From the IMG/VR virus record IMGVR_UViG_3300025066_000078, positions 1 through 35,306 of that record: DNA of 35,306 bases. The stretch is one strand, 5' to 3'. The notes under the pieces are model-generated. The model worked only from the letters and a program-made list of their open reading frames with translations. It was not told where the DNA came from and made no database searches. A program made the translations under genes and the position numbers. Positions 25,392-32,918 of this stretch are shown piece by piece. Position 1 is the stretch's first letter, and every line of letters begins with the position of its first letter. Origin of the DNA: a virus. Its lineage: Duplodnaviria; Caudoviricetes.

Positions 25392-25535
25392 GTGCAATAT
25401 GCACTAGCAAATGAACCATTGGGGATCATCATTGATTACCGTAATGAGTGGAAAGTCATGAAGATCTTATGGACAACTTGTGATCGCCCAATGTGGGTTG
25501 AGAAAAAATATATAAAAAAATATTTGACAAAATAA
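25392..25535 (+). CDS. small SH3-like hypothetical protein (47 aa)
   Basis: RBS AGGAG, GTG start; MQYALANEPLGIIIDYRNEWKVMKILWTTCDRPMWVEKKYIKKYLTK. Confidence 0.5.
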   Translation: MQYALANEPLGIIIDYRNEWKVMKILWTTCDRPMWVEKKYIKKYLTK

Positions 25536-25551
25536 GAAAACGTGTTATATT
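25524..25551 (+). promoter_or_regulatory. sigma70-type promoter P12
   Basis: TTGACA 25524-25529, ACGTGT-TATATT 25546-25551, CTCGGAGG RBS. Confidence 0.8.
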
Positions 25552-25575
25552 ACACTTACAAACTCGGAGGATAAT

Positions 25576-26091
25576 ATGAGTAAAGAGAAACATAATCATG
25601 GTGCAGCAGTATCTGGTACCAAATCAGAGAAGATGCTAGCGAGTATAACAGAGTCTGTTGGCTTTTCTTTTTTAAAACTTAAAAAAGATTTTGAAGACCA
25701 CGGAATATCAGAATGGGGTAGGAGATATCACGAACCACCCAAGGAGTGGAGACAAACAACTCCGAAAGGAAAGAAAAGAAAGTTTGTCTCTGATGGTTTC
25801 ATACCAATTACAAAAAGCGGAAGAGGCATCATCCTAGAGCAAAAACACTCAGACAAACATGGAACAACAGAAGAAAAAGTATTCTATGATTTGATGAAAA
25901 TAGAGAAAGGTGTATACGATGGTGATAACTGGTTGTGGTATGTATTCACAGGTTCCGCCGCAGAAGACATCGAGGTTTATAAGGAATTTTGCTTAGAGGC
26001 AAAACAAAAAGGCTTGAAAATAAAAATAATTTGGGGCTTTGACAACTATAAAAAAGAACTACAAAATATAAAGGAGGTAATTTATGGATAA
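25576..26091 (+). CDS. PD-(D/E)XK nuclease, putative restriction endonuclease
   Basis: G...E, SDGFI, ILEQKHSDKHGTTEEK; overlaps the MTase gene. Confidence 0.65.
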   Translation: MSKEKHNHGAAVSGTKSEKMLASITESVGFSFLKLKKDFEDHGISEWGRRYHEPPKEWRQTTPKGKKRKFVSDGFIPITKSGRGIILEQKHSDKHGTTEEKVFYDLMKIEKGVYDGDNWLWYVFTGSAAEDIEVYKEFCLEAKQKGLKIKIIWGFDNYKKELQNIKEVIYG

Positions 26092-27307
26092 AGAAGACAA
26101 AATCACGACCTATGGTGTTCGTTACCTAGGGAGTAAAAGCAAGATATTGCCGTTGATCATGCAAGTGATTGATGACTTAGATAAAGAAGATATGAAAGTA
26201 ATTGATGTGTTTACAGGCACGACAAGGGTCGCTCAGGCTCTCAAAATGAGAGGTTATGATGTTACCACTAGTGACTTATCTTGGGCCTCTGAAGTGTACT
26301 CTGAGGCGTTTATATGCAATAATGGCGAGGTATCGTACCTTCAACAATATATAGATCAGTTGAACCTTGTCCCACCAAAAGCAGACTGGTTGACTAACAA
26401 TTATTGTGATGTTGATATAATAGTCGACAAGAAGGTATATGATATGATCTCTGAAGAGGTTGAAGAAGAAGGTAAAAAAGTAATGAAAACAAAGAAAGCA
26501 AAGACTTTCACCATGGAGAAGGAGACAGTTAATATAAAAGTCTGGCATCCGAAGAACGGAGCCAAGGCAGATGCAATAAGAGAGGAGATCGAAGTCATGG
26601 AGATTGAGCCATGGGAAAAATCCTATCTCATTACCTGTCTTATCTTCGCACTTGACAAGCTGGACAATACAGTAGGCCTTCAACAAGCCTATCTTAAAGG
26701 TTGGAAATCAGATAGGGTACATAAAGACTTAGTATTAACTGCCATCCCAAGCATTGAAGGTATGGAAGGACAACATCTATGTGGTGATGCTCTTAAACTA
26801 ACTTATCCAAATGCATCGGTTGCCTATCTTGATCCGCCATATACAGCAGCAGACTACTCAACGTACTATCATATATGGGACAGCATCGCTCGTTGGGACA
26901 AGCCACAAGTAAGTCTCAAGACCAACAGAAGAATAGACAGAGTAAAGCAAAAGACAAATGAGCACTGGGATAAATCAATGAAGAGCCCTTGGTATTCAAA
27001 GCGCACAGCCTTGGAAGCAACCAAACAACTGATTGACAGACTTCCTGTTAGATATTGTGTATTCTCTTACTCAGACGAGGGTCTTATCAAGTATAGTGAC
27101 ATGGAGGACATATGTAAACAATATGAGGATTACAAGTTCCATCAAAAAGAACATGATAGACATGTCATGTCCCGCATCGGAGCAGGTGGAGACAAAGCAG
27201 AGAATGCAAAGAAAAAGAAGAACATCGAATACGTTATCGTAATCGATAAGGGAGAGCAAGTAGATGAAGAAGACATTACAGCTGATTTTACTGGTGAAAT
27301 ATTTTAA
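26084..27307 (+). CDS. D12-class DNA adenine methyltransferase
   Basis: RYLGSKSKIL, DVFTGTTRVA, YLDPPY, FSYS. Confidence 0.9.
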   Translation: MDKEDKITTYGVRYLGSKSKILPLIMQVIDDLDKEDMKVIDVFTGTTRVAQALKMRGYDVTTSDLSWASEVYSEAFICNNGEVSYLQQYIDQLNLVPPKADWLTNNYCDVDIIVDKKVYDMISEEVEEEGKKVMKTKKAKTFTMEKETVNIKVWHPKNGAKADAIREEIEVMEIEPWEKSYLITCLIFALDKLDNTVGLQQAYLKGWKSDRVHKDLVLTAIPSIEGMEGQHLCGDALKLTYPNASVAYLDPPYTAADYSTYYHIWDSIARWDKPQVSLKTNRRIDRVKQKTNEHWDKSMKSPWYSKRTALEATKQLIDRLPVRYCVFSYSDEGLIKYSDMEDICKQYEDYKFHQKEHDRHVMSRIGAGGDKAENAKKKKNIEYVIVIDKGEQVDEEDITADFTGEIF

Positions 27308-27316
27308 GAAAAAAAC

Positions 27317-27344
27317 TTGACAAATAACGCAAACGTGTTATAAT
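27317..27344 (+). promoter_or_regulatory. sigma70-type promoter P13
   Basis: TTGACA 27317-27322, ACGTGT-TATAAT 27339-27344. Confidence 0.85.
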
Positions 27345-27354
27345 ATAAACAGAA

Positions 27355-27422
27355 GGAGGTTGAAGGCTAAATTGAGAGCCCAAGTGATCTCCAACAAAAA
27401 GACTTCATTAAGTCATGCTCTC
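27355..27422 (+). promoter_or_regulatory. predicted pseudoknotted 5' leader (copy C)
   Basis: GGAG-GTTG 27355-27362 / CAA 27381-27383 and CTCC 27389-27392; GAGAGC 27374-27379 / GCTCTC 27417-27422; hairpin GACTT-catt-AAGTC 27401-27414. Confidence 0.45.
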
Positions 27423-27454
27423 TTAACAATGAATTAACAACCTTGGAGGATACT

Positions 27455-28900
27455 ATGCCGTACAATTCATACAACAAACATTACACAAACTACCGTGAGC
27501 TTCGCCTTGAAGCTAAGCCACAACGCAATCTTCATGATACGGTTTACGAACCAGTAACTGGTGCTACCGTAAAATTCGATTATGAAGAAATAAAAGAAGA
27601 CACAGAGCTGATCCAATATCGATGGGAAGTAGCAAAAACCAAAGCCTCAATTGCCTATCTTGAAGAGCAAAAGAAATTCCATAGCAAGTTGGTGCGCTTT
27701 CCTATAGCCATAGGCAACATGAATCTTCCGGAATTTTACGAAAGAACGAACACAGAATCAACAAATACACGCAATTTTTATGGTGATGAAAAGTATCGCA
27801 AAGCTAGTTGGTCCGAAAGAAGGCAATCAGCGATTACTTCTTGGGATGTGTGGAAGAACGAAAAGATAGGGTCTTTAACAGACTACCGTGGCTATGACAA
27901 CGACTGGAACATTCGTAAAAAATCTCATAAAGAAAAGGTCCAAGAGGAGTTTGAATATATGACAACCGGCGACGGTTTCAACTATTATCTCAACGAATTG
28001 GCTATAGCAGAAAATCTCAAGATACATGAGGAAGTGTTTGGTGAGGCAAACACACTTGCTGTTTTTATTGCTGAAAACGAAAGAAGAGTTCGCGCTCAAA
28101 GAGAATCGCTTTATGTCGACATTAGAAAGTTAAAAAATGGAGTTCAAAAGGCTATGAATGATTTGAGTCCACAGCGGAGATCAGAAAGTCCCTATTATCA
28201 AGGAGATGCAACAAAACTAATTTCTTCAATGAGGTCTATCAACAAGAAAATTAAAGATTTAGAACAAGATCTTGTTTGTTTCAAAGAAGCATTTGCTTCC
28301 GAGTGGGGGAAAAACACGGTCTTATCTGCCTTTGGCAACACTGTCGAAGAGATAAGCAAAAAGAATCCTTATCTTGAAAAAAGAATTCTTTGGGAATCTC
28401 TTCTAGAAGACACAAGGGTCATTTATAACAATATCATAGAAAGAATAGGGTCCTTGGAGCAACACCTTGAGAGTCTGGGAACGGAAGAAGAGTTCGTGGC
28501 TCAACAAGAAGAGAGAGATAAACTATTCCGTCAAAGATATGAGCGAAAGGAAGAGATAAAAAGAAATTTGGAAGATCGCCGCTTAGCTAGAATAGAAGCA
28601 TGGCCCGATCAAAAAGAGGAAGACAGAGTTGCGGCTCTTTTGGAGAAAATAAAGAAAACTGGGTATGGTCATGGTCACCTCTCATCAACTGGTAAAGAGA
28701 AATATTTCTATACCGAATTTGATGAGGCTAAGAAAGCAGAAATCAATATGTTCAATCAGGACGGCAGAAGACTTGATCTTTATCCGAAAAAAATCTCAGT
28801 TTCGTTCACAAAGTGGAACAAAGAAAGGCGCCGAAGAGAGAGTCGGGAACGTTCAATATCTGGCTATTTTCACAGAACCTTTCGAGAACTTAAAGAATAA
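27455..28900 (+). CDS. hypothetical coiled-coil protein
   Basis: 481-aa ORF from ATG 27455 after GGAGG; long charged helices. Confidence 0.7.
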   Translation: MPYNSYNKHYTNYRELRLEAKPQRNLHDTVYEPVTGATVKFDYEEIKEDTELIQYRWEVAKTKASIAYLEEQKKFHSKLVRFPIAIGNMNLPEFYERTNTESTNTRNFYGDEKYRKASWSERRQSAITSWDVWKNEKIGSLTDYRGYDNDWNIRKKSHKEKVQEEFEYMTTGDGFNYYLNELAIAENLKIHEEVFGEANTLAVFIAENERRVRAQRESLYVDIRKLKNGVQKAMNDLSPQRRSESPYYQGDATKLISSMRSINKKIKDLEQDLVCFKEAFASEWGKNTVLSAFGNTVEEISKKNPYLEKRILWESLLEDTRVIYNNIIERIGSLEQHLESLGTEEEFVAQQEERDKLFRQRYERKEEIKRNLEDRRLARIEAWPDQKEEDRVAALLEKIKKTGYGHGHLSSTGKEKYFYTEFDEAKKAEINMFNQDGRRLDLYPKKISVSFTKWNKERRRRESRERSISGYFHRTFRELKE

Positions 28901-28919
28901 AAAAAATAATAAAAGTCCC

Positions 28920-28948
28920 TTGACAAATTGTCGAGGGCATGTTATAGT
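28920..28948 (+). promoter_or_regulatory. sigma70-type promoter P14 with palindrome over the -35
   Basis: TTGACA 28920-28925, CATGT-TATAGT 28943-28948; CCCTTGACAA-A-TTGTCGAGGG. Confidence 0.75.
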
Positions 28949-28979
28949 ATAACTACACAATAACCAATAAGGAGGATTT

Positions 28980-29288
28980 ATGTGGAATGATAATAAAGAC
29001 AAAATAGTAATGGTCGCCGAATGGGACGACGAAGACACAGACAAAGACGAAGCAGGTCATATGATCGACTTTATCAAATCTGTGAAGGCAATAGAGGACG
29101 CGATGGCTCCATACAAAGAGCAATTGAAGGATCTCAAAGCAGACTATAAGGAGAATGAATGGCTTGATGCTAAACAACAGCGAACAGCCGTTAAGATCCA
29201 TAGGATGATCAAAGATGATGTTGATATGGACGAGTTTATTGACCTATTCAACTCTATTAAGCAAGTTGTACCATCAGGAGGTGAATAA
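28980..29288 (+). CDS. GapR/DUF2312- or T4 DsbA-like dsDNA-binding protein
   Basis: FIKSVKAIED.M..YKEQLKDLK..YKE..WLD.K..R.AVK..RM pattern. Confidence 0.55.
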   Translation: MWNDNKDKIVMVAEWDDEDTDKDEAGHMIDFIKSVKAIEDAMAPYKEQLKDLKADYKENEWLDAKQQRTAVKIHRMIKDDVDMDEFIDLFNSIKQVVPSGGE

Positions 29289-29554
29289 TGGAAGTGACAA
29301 ATGAAAACCCACACGAAACCCCCTTGTTAACTCAAGGGGACTTAGCAGTCGCTGCTTTTTGTGTATCAGAAGTCTTTAACTCTTATCTTGAGAACTATCA
29401 AGAAGAAGATTATGGAGACTTAACCAAAGAACAGATGGAAACGTCTATGAACAACTTGAGACTAGCCTTTATAAAGTTTGACTCAATGTTGAAAGCACTC
29501 AACCCAGATCCGGAGGCACCAGATGAAAGTGAAAATCAAGAAACTGAGTCCTGA
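29288..29554 (+). CDS. hypothetical acidic protein
   Basis: 88-aa ORF, RBS GGAGGT, TAATG coupling. Confidence 0.65.
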   Translation: MEVTNENPHETPLLTQGDLAVAAFCVSEVFNSYLENYQEEDYGDLTKEQMETSMNNLRLAFIKFDSMLKALNPDPEAPDESENQETES

Positions 29555-29939
29555 TGCCAAGGTGCCTAGATATGCAAAACCCGGAGACGCTTGTATGGAT
29601 CTCTATGCTGTAAGTCACATCATAGATAAGTACGGCAACCAAGTCTACGATACACAGATAGCCATGGAGATACCCGACGGATATGTTGGGCTTATCTTTC
29701 CACGGTCATCAGTATCAAAGACTGGCTTATCTCTTCGCAACGCTGTCGGTGTTATTGACTCTGGATACAGAGGACCGATAATACTCAAGTTCAGTGGAAA
29801 AACTAATACATATCTCGCAGGAGACAGAGTAGGGCAGATAATGATCTTGCCTTATCCGCAGATAGAATTTCTTGAAGTCAATGAACTTTCGGATTCTGAA
29901 CGTGGATCGGGTGGTTTTGGTTCAACCGGAACTAATTAG
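29523..29939 (+). CDS. dut: trimeric dUTPase
   Basis: DLYA, PRSS, GVIDSGYRG, DRVGQ, RGSGGFGSTG. Confidence 0.95.
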   Translation: MKVKIKKLSPDAKVPRYAKPGDACMDLYAVSHIIDKYGNQVYDTQIAMEIPDGYVGLIFPRSSVSKTGLSLRNAVGVIDSGYRGPIILKFSGKTNTYLAGDRVGQIMILPYPQIEFLEVNELSDSERGSGGFGSTGTN

Positions 29940-29942
29940 AAT

Positions 29943-30263
29943 ATGTCAGAAGTTAAAAAGAAAGTCGTATTTATGGATACAGATATACGACATGCACAAC
30001 TAAGAATTCAGCTTGAACGAGAAAGTCTCACACAGGCTGAATTCTTCCGTGCTTGCCTGACGGGGATGATTGAGAATGACTCAACCTTCATGAATTATAT
30101 ACGCAAATACAAAGACAATAAGAACATCGGACAGAAGCGTTCCGCCAAGGTTTTGGAGAAGGAAGACAAAGCATCAGATGATCTTATGAAAAAGTTCGGT
30201 ATAAAAGATGATGAGCTTGAGAATATTTTTGATTTAATTGCCGAAGAACATCCGGATCTATAA
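29943..30263 (+). CDS. hypothetical protein (possible ribbon-helix-helix-like DNA binder)
   Basis: KKVVF.D....HAQLRI.L....LTQAEFFR; preceded by ACTAATTA. Confidence 0.6.
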   Translation: MSEVKKKVVFMDTDIRHAQLRIQLERESLTQAEFFRACLTGMIENDSTFMNYIRKYKDNKNIGQKRSAKVLEKEDKASDDLMKKFGIKDDELENIFDLIAEEHPDL

Positions 30264-30321
30264 TACTTTTCCACTTTTAGCTTCTATTTATAATAGATTG
30301 AACATTAAGGAGATATAATCA

Positions 30322-30885
30322 ATGTCTAAAAAACTTTTATCAGAAGCCCAAGTACGTCGTTTTCAAAGCTTGGCAAGCATTAGCCCTCTCAATGAGATGT
30401 ATAATGAAGAAATATATGAAGCAGAAGAAGAAGTAGACGCTGCTGAAGAACCAGCTGACTTAGCACCTGTAGAAATGGATGATGCTCCTGAAGAAGCACC
30501 TGAAATGGACCTAGCTGACGCCGATGGCGAAGAAGTCGAAGTAGAGGAAGAGATGGTTGAAAAAGCCGCTGCTGCTCTCGGAGACCTCCAAGCACTTGTT
30601 GACGCTCTCGGTGGAGAAGCTGCACCAGCTGACGACATGCCAGACATGGGTGCTGAAGAACCAGAAATGGATTTGGGTGCTGAAGAACCAGAAATGGATT
30701 TGGGTGCTGAAGAACCAGCTGGTGACGAAGATGAAGAAGCTCTTCTAGAATTAGCTCTTGAAGGGATCAAATATGAGCCTTCGCAAAAAGAGATTGTTAA
30801 GGTTGTTGCTAAGAGAGTCGCTCGTCGTCTTTTAGAAGCCAAGCGAGCCCAAGCAAAACTTAACAAAGCCCTTGGAAAGAAATAA
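30322..30885 (+). CDS. highly acidic low-complexity protein, possible prohead core/scaffold-type
   Basis: MSKKLLSEAQVRRFQSLA N-terminus, E/D/A/M-rich middle, basic C-terminus VAKRVARRL. Confidence 0.7.
   Translation: MSKKLLSEAQVRRFQSLASISPLNEMYNEEIYEAEEEVDAAEEPADLAPVEMDDAPEEAPEMDLADADGEEVEVEEEMVEKAAAALGDLQALVDALGGEAAPADDMPDMGAEEPEMDLGAEEPEMDLGAEEPAGDEDEEALLELALEGIKYEPSQKEIVKVVAKRVARRLLEAKRAQAKLNKALGKK
30647..30718 (+). repeat. 27-nt tandem repeat (about 2.7 copies) encoding GAEEPEMDL
   Basis: TGGGTGCTGAAGAACCAGAAATGGATT repeated. Confidence 0.9.
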
Positions 30886-30886
30886 T

Positions 30887-30915
30887 TTGACAAACGCTTT
30901 ATAACGTGTTATAAT
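30887..30915 (+). promoter_or_regulatory. sigma70-type promoter P15
   Basis: TTGACA 30887-30892, ACGTGT-TATAAT 30910-30915. Confidence 0.85.
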
Positions 30916-30956
30916 ATATAAGGATGTCCAACATCCTTTTATTTTCTGGAGGTTAA

Positions 30957-31349
30957 GTGGAACAGATATTACTTTACATCTGCATATTCTTTTGCGGTTG
31001 GGTGTGTCATTCCATATTCTCCTACATAATGTCTCTCGGATATTCTGTGATGTTACTTCGGAATCTCTTGAGGGACGTCGTATATATGATAGTAAGGATA
31101 GTAGAGGTTGCTTACCTTGTTCATGAAATGCGAATGATTGAACTGGCAAGACTAAACCTCTCTCAAGTAGAGAAAGAAAACCATGTTAAACTTCATGAGA
31201 TTCAAATGAATAATATGAAGCGAGACATTGTTAGCTCAATCACTAGGAACTTTCCAAAAAGCTTTAGTAACTTGGTTGAGTTCCATGATTGGGATACTAT
31301 GATGAAATGGATAGATAAAGAACTAAAAATCAACAAGGAGGCCAAATGA
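30957..31349 (+). CDS. hypothetical membrane-anchored protein
   Basis: RBS GGAGGT, GTG start, N-terminal TM segment. Confidence 0.65.
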   Translation: MEQILLYICIFFCGWVCHSIFSYIMSLGYSVMLLRNLLRDVVYMIVRIVEVAYLVHEMRMIELARLNLSQVEKENHVKLHEIQMNNMKRDIVSSITRNFPKSFSNLVEFHDWDTMMKWIDKELKINKEAK

Positions 31350-32035
31350 GATTTAGTAAACAATTTACAACACCAAAGAAAGATAAGAAAAAGAAAGCCA
31401 AACCTGTTCCAGTCGAGGAACAAGTGAATGACGAACCAACAGAAGAAGAAAAGGAAGCAGCCGCTGCTTTGATGGCAGCACTAACAGGTGGTGGAGGAGA
31501 TGATAAAGATCTCCGTTCAATTCTAATGTATGGAGACGTCAATGAAGACAGAGCAGCCGAAATGATCGTCGGTATCATAAGTCTTTCAGAACAAGAGCCA
31601 AAGGAAGGGAAAGAACGCCTTGATGATATGAAGATATACATCTCAACTTATGGCGGTTCTGCTGACGATATGATGTCCATTTACGATATCATGCGACTTG
31701 CAAAACATAAGTGTGACATCGAAACTGTTGGCATGGGAAAGGTAATGTCAGCGGGAACTCTCCTGTTAGCATCTGGAACCAAGGGAAAGAGAAAGATAAT
31801 GAAGAACTGTCGAGTTATGATCCATGCAGTATCTGCTGGTTCAGTTGGAGCGATCCACAATCTTCAGAACGAGCTGGAAGAGATACAAGCAATACAAGAT
31901 GCTTATATCCGATGTCTTGTTACAGAGACTGACTTGACCAAGAGACAGCTCAGGAAGATGTTAGATCAAAAGGTTAACGTATACCTTACGGCAGAAGAAG
32001 CCGTTGAATACGGACTTGCAGATGAGGTAATATAA
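31346..32035 (+). CDS. clpP: ClpP-family serine protease
   Basis: YISTYGGS, G.VMSAGTLLLASG..GKR (catalytic Ser), MIH (His), YLTAEEAVEYGLAD. Confidence 0.92.
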   Translation: MRFSKQFTTPKKDKKKKAKPVPVEEQVNDEPTEEEKEAAAALMAALTGGGGDDKDLRSILMYGDVNEDRAAEMIVGIISLSEQEPKEGKERLDDMKIYISTYGGSADDMMSIYDIMRLAKHKCDIETVGMGKVMSAGTLLLASGTKGKRKIMKNCRVMIHAVSAGSVGAIHNLQNELEEIQAIQDAYIRCLVTETDLTKRQLRKMLDQKVNVYLTAEEAVEYGLADEVI

Positions 32036-32907
32036 TGGACGCAGAGTTTTATAATGAAGCTTCCGCCTCTCGTCTTGGATGGACACCCGACTGGTTCGGG
32101 TGTTCGTCGTTTGATGAAGAGTTGACGAAAGCAGTTAAAGAGTATCAAAAGAGAATTGGTCTCAAAGCCGATGGCCTATGTGGTCCCGGCACTTACCGAA
32201 GGATATGGACTGACCGAGAGGCATCCCTAGAATACCTTCAAGATAATATACCTGAGCATAAGAGCACAAGTATCATCTACAATAACGATTATTTTGATAT
32301 TGATTGGCCCAAGGTTGTTCTTCCGTTTATGCAAGGAGGAATGAAACTGACCAAGGGCTATAAGAAAGTAGTCGAGAAGAGAGAGATAAAGAACTTTGTA
32401 TGCCATTGGGACGTCTGTCTCAACTCAAAGTCAACCTTCCGAGTCCTACAGAACCGTGGGTTATCTGTTCACTTCCTCATAGACAACGATGGTACAATAT
32501 ATCAACCGCTGGACATGAACCACATCGGATATCATGCAGGCTCTTCCAAGTGGAACGCAGCATCTGTTGGTGTTGAGATAGCAAACGCATACTATCCTAA
32601 GCACCAGTCATGGTACGTTAAGCACGGTTTCGGAGAGAGACCGGTGTGGGACAAGGCGAAGGTTCACGGCAAGACTCTAAAGCCATTTTTGGGCTTTTAT
32701 GACGTACAATTGGAAGCTCTTAAAGCTCTGATGAAAGCTGTTCATGGTGCTGCTGGTATCCCATTGAAGACACCAAACACTGACACAACATACAGAACGG
32801 CGGTTAACGGAACATATCGCGGTTTTATATCGCACTATCATTTGAAAAAAACCAAGATCGATTGTGCCGGATTGAACATTAAAGAACTAATTAAGGCAAT
32901 AGAATAG
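32035..32907 (+). CDS. N-acetylmuramoyl-L-alanine amidase with peptidoglycan-binding domain (endolysin-like)
   Basis: AVKEYQKRIGLKADGLCGPGT (PG-binding); HWD, SVHFLIDNDGTIYQ, YHAG, SVGVEI, SH...KIDC. Confidence 0.85.
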   Translation: MDAEFYNEASASRLGWTPDWFGCSSFDEELTKAVKEYQKRIGLKADGLCGPGTYRRIWTDREASLEYLQDNIPEHKSTSIIYNNDYFDIDWPKVVLPFMQGGMKLTKGYKKVVEKREIKNFVCHWDVCLNSKSTFRVLQNRGLSVHFLIDNDGTIYQPLDMNHIGYHAGSSKWNAASVGVEIANAYYPKHQSWYVKHGFGERPVWDKAKVHGKTLKPFLGFYDVQLEALKALMKAVHGAAGIPLKTPNTDTTYRTAVNGTYRGFISHYHLKKTKIDCAGLNIKELIKAIE

Positions 32908-32918
32908 GAGTTTCATAA

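Noticed and set aside
30363-30893. 176-aa Ser-rich minus-strand ORF and the other minus-strand ORFs
   Set aside because: Antisense shadows of + strand genes (GAA/GAT codons give Ser/Phe/Ile runs); no convincing RBS or promoter on the minus strand
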